A stretch of DNA of 64,000 nucleotides from Felis catus (Eukaryota). Below, piece by piece: positions 50,885-63,840 of the stretch. The stretch lies in assembly GCF_018350175.1 (NCBI RefSeq), contig NC_058368.1, forward strand, positions 193,752,001-193,816,000. The letters are read 5' to 3'. The notes below the pieces were generated by a model that had not been told where the DNA came from, did not search any database, and saw only the letters and a program-made list of their open reading frames with translations. The position numbers and the translations under genes are program-made. Within the stretch, counting starts at the first letter, position 1. Each line of letters starts with the position of its first letter.

Positions 50885-51761
50885 ATGACAAAATGGAAGA
50901 ATTCCCCCTCAAAAGAATCTCCAGGAAATAACAACAGCTAATGAACTGATCAAAAAGGATTTAAACAATATAACACAAAGTGAATTTAGACTAATAGTCA
51001 TAAAATTAATCACTGGGCTTGAAAACAGTATAGAGGACAGCAGAGAATCTATTGCTACAGAGACAAAGGGACTAAGGAACAGCCAAGAGGAGCTAAAAAA
51101 TGCTATCAATGAGCTGCAAAATAAAATGGAGAGGACCACAGCTCAGACTGAAGAGGCAGAGGAGAGAATAGGTGACCTGGAAGATAAAATTATGGAAAAA
51201 GAGGAAGCTGAGAAAAAGAGAGATAAAAAAATCCGGGAGTGTGAGGGGAAAATTAGAGAACTAAGTGATGCACTAAAGAGAAATAATATATGCATAATTG
51301 GTATTCCAGAGAAGGAAGAGAGAGGGAAAGGTGCTGAAGGTGTACAAACTTCCCTGATCTGGAGAAGGAAAAATGCATTGAAATCCAAGAGGCACAAAGA
51401 ACTCCCTTCAGATGTAACTTGAATCGATCTTCTGCACGACATATCATAGTGAAACTGGCAAAATACAAGGATAAAGAGTAAATTCTGAAAGCAGCTAGGG
51501 ATAAACATGCTCTAACATATAAAGGGAGACTGATAAGACTAGTGACAGATCTCTCTACTGAAACTTGGCAGGCCAGAAAGGAATGGCAGGAAATCTTCAA
51601 TGTGATGAACAGAAAAAAATATGCAGCCGAGAATCCTTTATCCAGCAAGTCTTTCATTTAGAATAGAAGGAGAGATAAAGGTCTTCCCAAACAAACAAAA
51701 ACTGAAGGAATTCATCACCACTAAACCAGCCCTACAAGAGATCCTAAGGGGGATCCTGTGA
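50885..51761 (+). pseudogene. L1 ORF1p (RNA-binding, coiled coil), disrupted
   Basis: EEAEERIGDLEDK, RELSDALKRNNICIIGIPE. Early frameshift near 50905, small deletion near 51345 and a premature stop near 51479. Confidence 0.92.
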
Positions 51762-51811
51762 GACAAAGTACCAGAGACATCGCTACAAGCATGAAACCTA
51801 CAGACATCACA

Positions 51812-54800
51812 ATGACTCTAAACTCATATCTTTCTATGATAACATTGAATGTAAATGGACTAAAATCGCCAACCAAAAGACAAAGGGTATCAGAATGGAT
51901 AAAAAAACAAGATCCATCTATTTGCTATCTACAAGAGACTCATTTTAGACCTGAGGACACCTTCAGATTGAGAGTGAGGGGATGGAGAACTATTTATCAT
52001 GCTACTGGAAATCAAAATAGAGCTGGAGTAGCCATACTTATATCAGACAAACTAAACTTTAAATTAAAGGCTGTAACAAGAGATGAAGAAGGGCATTATA
52101 TAATAATTACAGGGTCTGTCCATCAGGAAGAGCTAACAATTGTAAATGTCTATGCACCAAATACAGGAGCCCGCAAATACATAAAATAATTACACACATA
52201 AGCAACCTTATTGATAAGAATGTGGTAATTGCATGGGACTTTAACACCCCACTTACAGAAATGGATAGATCATCTAGACACACGGTCAATAAAGAAACAA
52301 GGGCCTTGAATGATACATTGGATCAGATGGACTTGACAGATATATTTAGAACTCTGCATCCCAAAGCAACATAATATACTTTCTTCTTGAGTGCACGTGG
52401 AACATTCTCCAAGATAGATCACATAATGGGTCACAAAACAACCCTTCATAAGTATACAAGAATTGAAATTATACCATGCATACTTTCAGACCTCAATGCT
52501 ATAAAGCTTGAAGTCAACCACAGGAAAAAGTCTGGAAAACTTCCAAAAGCATGGAGTTTAAAGAACACCCTACTAAAGAATGAGTGGGTCAACCAGGCAA
52601 TTAGAGAAGAAATTAAAAAATATATGGAAACAAACAAAAATGAAAATACAACAATCCAAATGCTTTGGGATGCTGCGAAGGCAGTCCTGAGAGGAAAATA
52701 CATTGCAACCCAGGCCTATCTCAAGAAACAAGAAACATCCCAAATACAAAATCTAACAGCACACCTAAAGGAACTAGAAGCAGAACAGCAAAGACGCCTA
52801 AATCCAGCAGAAGAAGAGAAATAATAAAGATCAGAGCAGAAATACACAATATAGAATCTAAAAAAACTGTAGAGCAGGTCAACGAAACCAAGAGTTGGTT
52901 TTTTGAAAAAATAAACAAAATTGACAAACCTGTAGCCAGGCTTCTCAAAAAGAAAAGGGAGATGACCCAAATAGATAAAATCATGAATGAAAATGGAATT
53001 ATTACAACTAATCCCTCAGAAATACAAGCAATTATCAGGGAATACTATGAAAAACTGTATGCCAACAAATTGGAAAACCTGGAAGAAATGGACAAATTCC
53101 TAAACACCCACACACTTCCAAAACTCAATCGGGAAGAAATAGAAAGCTTGAACAGGCCCATAACCAGCAAAGAAATTGAATCAGTTATCAAAAATCTCCC
53201 AACAAATAAGAGTCCAGGACCAGATGGCTTCCCAGGGGAGTTCTACCAGACATTTAAAGCAGAGATAATACCTATCCTTCTCAAGCTATTCCAAGAAATA
53301 GAAAGGGAAGGAAAACTTCCAGACTCATTCTATGAAGCCAGTATTTCTTTGATTCCTAAACCAGACAGAATCCCAGTAAAAAAAGAGAACTACAGGCCAA
53401 TATCCCTGATGAATATGGATGCAAAAATTCTCAATAAGATACTAGCAAATCAAATTCAACAGCATATAAAAAGAATTATTCACCATGATCAAGTGGGATT
53501 CATTCCTGGGATGCAGGGCTGGTTCAACATTCGCAAATCAGTCAACGTGTTACATCACATTAATAAAAGAAAAGAACCATATGATCCTGTCAATTGATGC
53601 AGAAAAGGCCTTTGACAAAATTCAGCAATGTTTCTTAATAGAAACCCTCGAGAAAGTCGGGATAGAAGGAACATACTTAAACATCATAAAAGCTATTTAT
53701 GAAAAGCCTACAGCTAACATCATCCTCAATGGGGAAAAACTGAGAGCTTTCTCCCTGAGATCAGGAACACGACAGGGATGTCCACTCTCACTGCTGCTGT
53801 TTAACATAGTGTTGGAAGTTCTAGCATCAGCAATCAGACAACAAAAGGAAATCAAAGTCATCAAATTGGCAAAGATGAAGTCAAGCTTTCACTTTTTGCA
53901 GATAACATGATACTCTACATGGAAAACCCGATAGACTCCACCGAAAGTCTGCTAGAACTGATACATGAATTCAGCAAAGTTGCAGGATACAAAATCAATG
54001 TACAGAAATCAGTTGCATTCTTATACACTAATAGTGAAGCAACGGAAAGACAAATAAAGAAACTGATCCCATTCACAATTGTACCAAGAACCATAAAATA
54101 CCTAGGAATAAACCTAACCAAAGATGTAAAAGACCTGTATGCTGAAAACTATAGAAAGCTTGTGAAGGAAATTGAAGAAGATATAAAGAAATGGAAAAAC
54201 ATTCCGTGCTCATGGGTTGGAAGAATAAATATTGTTAAAATGTCAATACTACCCCAAGCTATCTACACATTCAATGCAATCCCAATCAAAATTGCACCCG
54301 CATTCTTCTCAAAACTAGAACAAGCAATCCTAAAATCCATATGGAACCACAAAAGGCCCCGAATAGTCAAAGGAATTTTGAAGAAGAAGACCAAAGCAGG
54401 AGGCATCACAATCCCAGACTTTAGCCTCTACTACAAAGCTGTCATCATCAAGACAGCATGGTATTGGCACAAAAACAGACACATAGACCAATGGAATAGA
54501 ATAGAAACCCCAGAACTAGACCCACAAACGTATGGCCAACTCATCTTTGACAAAGCAGGAAAGAATATCCAATGGAAAAAAGACAGCCTCTTTAACAAAT
54601 GGTGCTGGGAGAACTGGACAGCAACATGCAGAAGGTTGAAACTAGATCACTTTCTCACACCATTCACAAAAGTAAACTCAAAATGGATAAAGGACCTGAA
54701 TGTGAGACAGGAAACCATCAAAACCCTAGAGGAGAAAACAGGAAAAGAACTCTCTGACCTCAGCCGTAGCAATGTCTTACTTGACACATCCCCAAAGGCA

Positions 54801-55622
54801 AGGGAATTAAAAGCAAAAATGAACTATTGGGACCTCATGAAGATAAAAATCTTTTGCACAGCAAAGGAAACATCAACAAAACTAAAAGGCAACCAACAGA
54901 ATGGGAAAAGATATTTGCAAATGACATATCAGACAAAGGGCTAGTAACCAAAATCTATAAAGAGCTCACCAAACTCTACACCTGAAAAACAAATAACCCA
55001 GTGAAGAAATGGGCAGAAAACATGAATAGACACTTCTCTAAAGAAGACGTCCGGATGTCCAACAGGCACATGAAAAGATGCTCAACGTCGCTCCTTTTCA
55101 GGGAAATACAAATCAAAAGCACACTCAGATATTACCTCACGCCAGTCAGAGTGGCTAAAATGAACAAATCAGGAGACTATAGATGCTGGAGAGGATGTGG
55201 AGAAACGAGAACCCTCTTGCACTGTTGGTGGGAATGCAAATTGGTGCAGCCACTCTGGAAAACAGTGTGGAGGTTCCTCAGAAAATTAAAAATAGACCTA
55301 CCCTATGACCCAGCAATAGCACTGCTAGGAATTTACCCAAGGGATACAGGAGTACTGATGAATAGGGGCACTTGTACCCCAATGTTTATAGCATCACTCT
55401 CAACAATAGACAAATTATGGAAAGAGCCTAAATGTCCATCAACTGATGAATGGATAAAGAAATTGTGGTTTATATACACAATGGAGTACTACATGGCAGT
55501 GAGAAAGAATGAAAAATGGCCCTTTGTAGCAATGTGGATGGAACTGGAGAGTGTGATGCTAAGTGAAATAAGCCATACAGAGAAAGACAGATACCATGTT
55601 TTCACTCTTATGTGGATCCTGA
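51812..55622 (+). pseudogene. L1 ORF2p (endonuclease + reverse transcriptase), disrupted
   Basis: [46 protein letters not shown] and HCWWEC motifs spread over several frames. FADD reads FADN at 53895-53906. Confidence 0.96.
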
Positions 55623-58600
55623 GAAACTTAACAGGAACCCATGTGGGAGAGGAAGGAAAAAAAAAAGAGGTTAGAGTGGGAGTGAGCCAAAGCGTAAGAG
55701 ACTCTTAAAAACAGAGAACAAACTGAGGGTTGATGGGGGGTGGGAGGGAGGGGAGGGTGGGTGATGGGTATTGAGGAGGGCACCTGTTGGGATGAGCACT
55801 GGGTGTTGTATGGAAACCAATTTGACAATAAATTTCATATATTAAAAAAAACCAGCACTCCTGTATCCTTTGGATAAATACCTAGTAGCACAATTGCTGG
55901 GTTGTAGGGTAGTTCTATTTTTAAATTTTTGAGGAACCTCCATACTGTTTTCCAGAGTGGCTGCACCAGCTTGCATTCCCACCAGCAGTGCAAAAGTGTT
56001 CCTTTTTCTCCACATCCTTGCCAACATCTGTTGTTGCCTGAGTTGTTAATTTTAGCCATTTTGACAGGTGTGAGGTGATATTTCATTGTGGTTTTGATTT
56101 GTATTTCCCTGATGATGAATGATGTTGAGCATTTTTTCATGTGTCTATTAGCTGTCTGGATGTCTTCTTTAGAGAAGTGTCTATTCATGTCTTTTGCCCA
56201 TTTCTTTACTGGATTATTTGTTTTTTGGGGTGTTGAGTTTGAGAAGTTCTTTATAGATTTGGGATACTAACCATTTATCTGATATGTCATTTGCAAACAT
56301 CTTTTCCCATTCTGTTGGTTGCCTTTCAGTTTTATTGTTTGTTTCCTTCATTGTGCAGAAGCTTTTTATCTTTATGAGGTCCCAATAGTTCATTTTTGTT
56401 TTTGCTTCCCTTGCCTCCAGAGACATGCAGAGTAAGAAGTTGCTGTGGCTGAGGTCAAAGAGGTTGTTGCCTGTTTTCTCCCCAAGGATTTTGATGGCTT
56501 CCTGTCTTACATTTAAATATTTCATTCATTTTGAGTTTATTCTTGTGTATGATATAAGATAGTGGTCCAGTTCATTATTCTGCATGTCACCATCCAGTTT
56601 TCCCAGCACCATTTGCTGAAGAGACTGTCTTTTTTCTGTTGGATTTTCTTTCCTGCTCTGTCAAAGATTAGTTGGCCATGTTTGTGGCTCCATTTCAGGA
56701 TTCTTTATTCTGTTCTAATGATTTACGTGTCTGCTTCTGTGCCAGTAGCATACTGTCTTGATGATTACAGCTTTGTAATACATTCTGAAGTCTGAATTAT
56801 GATGCCTCCAGCTTTTTTTTTTTTTTTCAGGATTGCTTTGGCTATTCAGGGTCTTCTGTGGTTCCATAAAAATTTTAGGATTGTTTGTTCTAGCTCTGTG
56901 AAGAATGCTGGTGTTATTTTGATAGGGATTGCATTGAATATGTAGATTTCTACATAGTATTGCCATTTTAACAATATTTGTTCTTCTAATCCATGAGCAT
57001 GGAATGTTTTTTCCCTTTTTTGTGTGTGTGTCCTCTTCAATTTCTTTCATAGGTTTTCTCTAGTTTCAGTGTATAAATTTTTTACCTCTTTGGTTAGGTT
57101 TATTCCTAGGTATTTTATGGTTTTTGGTGCAATTGTAAATGGGATCGATTCCTTGATTTCTCTTTCTGCTGCTTCATTATTGGTGTATAGAAATGCAACT
57201 GATTTCTGTATATTGATTTTATATCCTGCAAATTTTCTGAATTCATGGATCAGTTCTAGCAGGTTTTTGGTGGAATCTTTTGGGGTTTCCACGGAAAGTA
57301 TCATGTCATCTGCAAAGAATGAAAGTTGGCTTCCTCCTTGATGATTGGAGACCTTTTATTTCACTGTGTTGTCTGATTGCTGAGGCTAGGACTTCCAACA
57401 GTATGTTGAATAACAGTGGTGAGAGTGGACGTCCTTGTCATGTTCCTAACCTGGAAGCAGGAAAGATCTCAGTTTTTCCCCACTGAGGATAACATTAGCT
57501 GTGGATCTTTAATATATGACTTTTTTTATGATCTTGAGGTATGATCTTTCTATCCCTACTTTCTTGAAGGTTTTTATCTAGAAAGGGTGCTGTCAAATGC
57601 TTTCTCTGCATCTATTGAGAGGATTATGTGGCTCTTATCCTTTCTTTTACTAGTGAGATGTATCACATTGATTTGCAGATTTTGAATCAGGCTTACATCC
57701 CAGGAATAAATCCCACTTGATCCTGGAGAATAATTCTTTTACTGTATTGTTGGATCTGGTTGGCTCTTGTCTTGCTGAGAATTTTTGCATCCATGGTCAT
57801 TAGGGGAATTGGGCTGTAGTTCCCCTTTTTAGTGGGGACTTTGTCTGGCTTTGGAATCAAGGTAATGTTGGCCTTGTAGAATGAGTTTGGAAATTTTCCT
57901 TCCATTTCTATTGTTTAGAACAGCTTCAAAAGAATAGCTGTTAGCTCTTCTTTAAATGTTTGGTAGAATTCCCCCTGGAAAGCCATCTGGCCCTGGACTC
58001 TTGTTTTGTTGGGAGAATTTTGATTACTGATTTAATTTCTTTACTGGATATGTGTCTGTTCAAATTTTGTATTTCTTCCTGTTTCAGCTTTGCTAGTTTA
58101 TGTTTCTAGGAATGTCTCCGTTTCTTCTAGATTCTCCAATTTTTTGGCACATAATTGCTCATAATATTCCCTTATCATTGTTTGTTTTTCTGTGGTGTTG
58201 GTTGTGATCTCTCTTCTTTCATTCATGATTTTATTTATTTGGATCCTTTCCATTTTCTTTTTGATCAGTCTGGCTAGGGGTTTATCAATTTTTGTTAATT
58301 CTATCAAAGAATCAGCTCCTGGTTTCATTGATTTTTTTCTGCTTTTTTTTTTCAATATTATTGATTTCTGCTCTAATCTTTATTATTTCCCTTCTCCTTC
58401 TGGTTTTGGGTTTTATTTGCTGTTATTTTGCATCTCTTTTAGGCATAAGGTTTGGTTGTGTATTTAAGACCTTTTTTCCTTCTTTAGGAAGGCCTGGATT
58501 GCTATATACTTCCCCTTATGATTGCCTTTGATGCATTCCAGAGGTTGTTGGCTGTCGTGTTTTCATTTTCATTGGCTTCATGTCCTTTTTAATTTCCTCT

Positions 58601-60015
58601 TTAATTTCTTGTTTAATTCATCCATTCTTTAGTAGGATTATCTTTCATTTCCAAATATTCATGGTCTTTCCAAATTTTTTTCTTGTGGTTGATTTCTAGT
58701 TTCATAGCATTGTGGTCTGAAGATATGCATGGTATGATCTCAATCTTTTTGAACGTGTTGGCTGATTTGTGTCCCAGTATGTGATCTATTCTGGAGAATG
58801 TTTCATGTTCAGTCAAGAAGAATGTGTATTCTGCTGCTTTCAGATAAAATGTTCTGAATATATCTGTTAAGTCCATCCAGTCCAGTGTGTCATTCAAAGC
58901 CATTGTTTCCTTGTTGATTTTCTACTTACATGATCTGTCCATTGTTGTAAGTGTAGTTTTGAAGTCTCCTACTATTATGGTATAATTATCAATGAGTTTC
59001 ATTATGTTTGTGATTAATTGATTTATATTTTGGTTGTTTTTCCACGTTGGGGGCCTAAATATTTACAATTGTTAGATCTTCCTGGTGAATAGACCCCTTA
59101 ATTATGATATAATGCCCTTCTTCATCTCTTATTACAGTCTTTATTTTAAAGTCTAGATTATCTGATATAAGTATGGCTACTCCGGCTTTCTTTTGTTGAC
59201 CATTAGCATGATGGTTCTCCATCCCCTTACTTTGAATCTGAAGGTGTCTTTAGGTCTAAAATGTATCTCTTGTAAGCAGCATATAGATGGGTCTTATTTT
59301 CTTATCCATTTTGATACCCTGTCTTTTGATTGTAGTGTTTAGTCCATTGACATTTAGAGTGAGTACTGAAAGATATGAATGTAGTGTCATTGTGTTGCCT
59401 ATAGAGTTGGTGTTTCTGATGATATTCTCTGGTCCTGTTAGTGAACAGACTGGTGACTACCATGTTGCCCCAAATCACTCTGTGGTACCTGGGTTTATCT
59501 AATTCCTAAGTATGTGCTTTTACATCACCTGTTGCCCCTTAGCTAGGGATCAGATCATCACCCTAAGGTAATAAATAACAAGGCTTTCAATCATTGCCTC
59601 ACTCAAGAATATCTGCATTTCAAGACCAAATATTTAATTTCTAATGGTGAAATTTGAGACCCTGCATGAGGCAGGGACAAAAGATTTAAGCTAAGGGTGT
59701 TCAGAGGTTTCTCCAATTATACAATGTAGGATTCTATTTATGGGAGACAATGGACACTAGGCTTTAAATTGACAAAGAATTATTCTGTGCCCTTTGAACT
59801 CTCATTTTTAAGTTTATACCAATTCCTAATCATGATGAATCAGACTCTGAGGACAATAAAACAAAGTCAGACTGGGAAGTGATAAGAGCATTAAACACTG
59901 ATATTAAGAAGCAAGTCTTACTTGAAGTTTTGACACTGATAAGCTGCATGAACTGAGATATAACCATTCCTCTTTCTGAGCCTCACTTTTTCCATCTGTA
60001 ATATGGAGCTCTTTT

Positions 60016-60245
60016 ATTTTATTTAAAATTTTTTTTAACATTTTTATTTATTTCTGAAGAAGAGAGAGAGAGACAGAGCATGAGCAGGGGAGGAGCAGAG
60101 AGAGAATGAGACACAGAATTCGAAGCAGGCTCCATGCTGTAAGCTGTCAGCACAGAGCCTGATGCAGGGCTCGAACCCACGAGCTGTGAGATCATGACCT
60201 GAGCTGAAGCCAGACACTCAACTGACTGAGCCACCCAGGCACCCC
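60016..60245 (-). mobile_element. Felid CAN-SINE inserted in a MIR
   Basis: Reverse SINE ending CCACCCAGGCACCCC. Diverged TSD ATGGAGCTCTTTT / ATGGGGCTTTTTT. Confidence 0.95.
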
Positions 60246-60267
60246 AAGATGGGGCTTTTTTAGATGG

Positions 60268-60430
60268 AGTACTTCTCAAATTTTGAGGTGCATATGAATG
60301 CCTTGGAGATTTTCTTAAGGTGCAAATTCAGAACCAGTAACCCTGGGGTAGGGGCTGAGAGTCTGCATTTCAACAAACTGCTCAGTGATGCTGAAGCTGG
60401 ATCCCTGGATTATATTTTGAGTGTCCAGAC
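60268..60430. mobile_element. MER5A1-like MITE
   Basis: TTCTCAAATTTT..GTGCATATGAAT..GGGGCTGAGAGTCTGCATTTCAACAA. Confidence 0.7.
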
Positions 60431-60475
60431 TTAGAGAATTTCTGAGGCCAACTCTTAGAAGTCAATACACATTTG

Positions 60476-60585
60476 GGGGCACATGGCTGGTTCAGCTGGA
60501 TAAGCCTATGACTCTTGATTTTGGGATCATGTGTTCAAGACCCATTTTGAGTGTGGAGATTACTTAAGTAAATAAAACTAAAAAG
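60476..60585 (+). mobile_element. Short tRNA-like CAN-SINE (old subtype without CT body)
   Basis: GGGGCACATGGCTGGTTCAG..GACTCTTGAT..GTTCAAGACCC..GAGATTACTTAA. Diverged TSD AAGTCAATACACATTT / AAGCCAACACACATTT. Confidence 0.85.
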
Positions 60586-61494
60586 AAAAGCCAACACACA
60601 TTTATTAGGTACTGTTATGTGTGGGGCATTCTGCGAGGGACTGCTAATATTGAGATGAAGAAGACAGTTTCTACCCACGCAAGAAATACTCCTATTCCAA
60701 AAAGGAAATGAGCCAAATATCATTTCAAAATAGTGTGATGAATAGCAAAATTGAAGTTTGAACAAGGAAAAGAGGAGCCACATAACAGGGAGAGAGTAAT
60801 TTATTCACGATGGAGATAAAGCTATAGATGTCAGAAAGTCACACATCATGTGGAAAAGTGCCGCAAACTGCCAAACGTTATATGCATAAAGAGAGTCTCT
60901 TCATCTCGAAGGACACTCAAGAATTCCTTTGTCCAAGGGAGGCACAGCTGTGGGTATTGTAGATGAATTATTTTCATCAGTAATCTTAACTATTTCATCT
61001 CATTCCATGATTGCTTTCTCTCTGCCTTCCTATTCCATGGCTGCCTGTTAGCATCATACTGATGAAAGATTTACTCCCCTGGCTGAAACTGGGTCTGTTT
61101 GGAAGTTACAGCAAGCAGGAAGCCAGCAGAGGCACAGTGAAGGCACACCTTCGCCCCCGCTCAGCTCCCAGCAGGTCAGAAGCTGTGAGTCAGGAAAGGA
61201 AAAGCAGGTGGGTGGAGAAAGGATGCAGTCTACATCTGCACTATGCAGGGATTGTGTTTTCTAAAACACCTGAACATAGAGGCAGCCACCCTGGAGGAGG
61301 CAGGGGGGGCCCTCCCCTGAATATTAGGAGCCTAAGCAGAAAGCAGCTTGATCCAAGGATTGTGGGGAAGGTAGATAAGGTAACATCAAGGGTTTGGTCT
61401 CCCTCTGGCTCATCATAGGTTTTATATCGAAATGGGTTACTATGATACTGAAAGGTGATCTTTCTTAAAAAAGAAAAAAGTCCTCAGGGGGGTA

Positions 61495-61635
61495 GCTGGG
61501 AGAGGTGGGTTCTGGCACTAGCTGACTGTGTGACCTTAGGCAAGTCAATTCCTCACTGAGACTCAGTTTTCCTAGTTAAGCAGTGGGAAGGTTGGGCACA
61601 ATTTCTTTGCTAACTTCTAACTTTAAGAGTCTATA
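61495..61635 (+). mobile_element. MIR3/MIRc fragment
   Basis: CTGTGTGACCTTAGGCAAGTCA..CTGAGACTCAGTTTTCCT. Confidence 0.7.
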
Positions 61636-61729
61636 ATTAAATGATCATGTCCCAGTTCATTTATCCTGCCCTGTCATATCTAACAGAGATCATCCTTTTC
61701 ATCCTCACTACTTCTCATACACAACAAGA

Positions 61730-62560
61730 TTTATTGCCAAATTTGGTGGTCTCAGAATCTGGGTGTCTGTTTCCCACAGATCTAGATAACCTCCTCTCTT
61801 TATTTGGGCATTGAGCCACCTCATTTCCTTTCAGAAAGAGAACTAGACATCCGAGCCACCATCATCCCTGCCAGGACTATTGCAGTAATCTCCTAGACAT
61901 CCTGGAGCCACTCCTGCACCCAAACACTTCCTTATCTAGGTGCAGTTGAAGAGATCTCTTATAATGTAAATGAGATGCCTGTATCTCTGCTTACAATGGC
62001 ATTCTTATGTGTAAAATAAAACACAAACTCCCATGTGGCCTACAAGACCTTTCACCATCTGGCCCTCTGCAAACCCAATTCCTAGCCTCATCCTGTATTT
62101 ACTGTGTTCCAGTCATACAGACTTGTCTTCTTTTCCTTGAAAACTCCAAGCTTGTTTCCACCTTGACAACCTTTGATCTTTCTGTCAGTACCCCCTGAAA
62201 GGTTCATCACTCCAGACCTTCACATGCAAGGTTCCCTCTCATTCAGTCCTCAATTCAAATGATGCTGCATTATTAAAGGCCACTCTTGACCCACTGTCCA
62301 AAGCACACCCCCTACAACATGTCCACCTCTAGTCCTTAACTTGGGTGTTTTTTTTTTTTTTTTTTTTTTATGGCATTAGTCACTATCTGACATTATCCCA
62401 CTTACCCTTGGCTTCTTGTACTGTACTGTCAGCCTCCTGTTCCCCATCCCCACTAAAATTCAAGAGCTATGAGGCCAGTAATTTTGTCTTATTGCCCCTA
62501 GAATAGTACATTTCTCAGAGTAGGTACTCAGGGAATATGTGTTGGATAAGTGGATGGAAA
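61730..62560 (+). mobile_element. L2 LINE 3' region
   Basis: GGACTATTGCAGTAATCTCCTA, TGGCCTACAAGACC, TAGGTACTCAGGGAATATGTGTTGGATAAGTGGATG end. Confidence 0.75.
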
Positions 62561-63124
62561 TAGGAAAGAAAGTGAAAGATAGAAGGAAAATAAGGGTGAA
62601 GGAGAGGGAGACAGTCGGGGAAATTAACACTATTGACAAGTCATATACCTTTGTACTCATGTGATATAACTTAATCTTCACAGCTGTCCTGCATGGAAAT
62701 GGAGGGAAAATACACTGCCTATGATTTGAATCTAGCCTTTATGGCTTCAAAACTCAGAGTAGTTAAATACCTTGTTGAGCAGGTCTGAGTACAGGCAGGT
62801 ATAATGTGATGCCATCTAAGTGGAGAGTCAATTTCAGTAACAGGAAGAAGGATGCGGTTTGAAAAGTGGTAGAAATGGCTTCCAACACAGTGATTCCTGG
62901 ACCCGATGATGATTTAACCACACTCTATCAGAGCCTGAGGCAGTAGCTTTAAGAATTTGATCCCTATTTTTAAAGCAAATTCATCTAAGAGGAGTAAGGC
63001 TTATAGCTCTTCTTTCTTTTATATGTCTTTGTGAATAACATTACCATCAGTGAGTTTAAATGTGTGTTGAGAGATAGAAGGTGAGGACAGAGGGGCAGAC
63101 TCTGAAAGACAGTGTAAAGAGGGA

Positions 63125-63290
63125 TTTTGAACTCTGGCTGCACACTACAGCTATTGGGAAGATTTTTAAAAATATTCATGTCCAGGCCCATTCCAAGTTT
63201 CTGATTCAATTGGTCTGGGGTGAGGCCTGAGCTAAGATATATTTTGAAAACTCTCACAAGGTTATATGGTATAGCCAGAGTTGAAAAAAA
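63125..63290. mobile_element. MER5B-like MITE
   Basis: CTGGCTGCACA, TTCTGATTCAATTGGTCTGGGGTGAGGCCTGAGC, GCCAGAGTTGA. Confidence 0.65.
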
Positions 63291-63628
63291 AAATCTAAAG
63301 AGTGGGTTCCAAGAACATGCAACTTGTTCCAAGGCATCTCTCTTATTGTTTGGTATTTTTGCGGGGGGATCTGCCAGGCAGTTGACAATCACTGAAAGCC
63401 AGCTACATACAAGATGTGGAGACAGAAGCTGTGAAGGATGATATAGAAGTTTCTCAGACCAGCCCCTCACTCACCCTGAGGACATTACAAAACAATATAT
63501 GGACTGTAGGCAATATAATAAATATATAAAAATAATTATATATATTATATATCAAATTATATCAAAATATATCAATTATATATCAAAATAAATATAATAA
63601 AATATCAAATACATGTTAATAGTTTAGA

Positions 63629-63840
63629 ACAGGGTTTCTCAACCTTGACACTGGTGACATTGCGTGCCAGACAATTCTGTGTTGTAGGGGTGCCTGCACA
63701 TCTCAGATATCTAATGGCATTCTTGGCCTCTACTCACTAGATGCCAGTGGTTCCTGTTCCCAATTGTGACAACCAGGAGTATTTCCAGATATCGCCAGCT
63801 GTCGCCTGGAGAGTAAAACCATCCAGGTCGAAAATATCTG
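63629..63840. mobile_element. MER20 MITE (opposite orientation to the 18949 copy)
   Basis: CAGGGTTTCTCAACCTTGACACT..GACAT, TGGCCTCTACTCACTAGATGCCAGT, TTGTGACAACCA. Confidence 0.85.

Larger units (their letters stand above)
49957..55848 (+). mobile_element. Full-length felid LINE-1 (about 5.9 kb), inactive
   Basis: GC-rich 5'UTR, ORF1, ORF2, 3'UTR, AATAAA and A tail. TSD AAA(A/C)CAGCACTCCTG at 49942-49956 and 55849-55863. Confidence 0.97.
49390..59436 (-). mobile_element. Older feliform L1, 5'-truncated at the inter-ORF spacer, split by a full-length young L1
   Basis: 3'UTR and tail at 49390-49956. ORF2 remnants at 55849-59390 (start codon at 59390, FADD at ~57305-57316, SDH motif in ORF 58613-58903). 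Many frameshifts. Confidence 0.93.

Noticed and set aside
55736..55761. G-quadruplex motif (also ~37935-37961)
   Set aside because: A standard feature of L1 3'UTRs, not locus-specific.
60476..60585. tRNA gene
   Set aside because: Degenerate tRNA-derived SINE with an A tail and TSD, and no convincing cloverleaf.
740..63470. Short ORFs of 60-160 aa in the supplied track (e.g. 3991-4311, 16188-16604, 61011-61418, 62985-63470) as host genes
   Set aside because: No recognisable domains or consistent exon structure. Many overlap repeats or use non-ATG starts, as expected by chance.
63510..63612. AT-rich TATATCAAA-like degenerate tandem tract
   Set aside because: Ordinary low-complexity slippage with no long palindrome seen.
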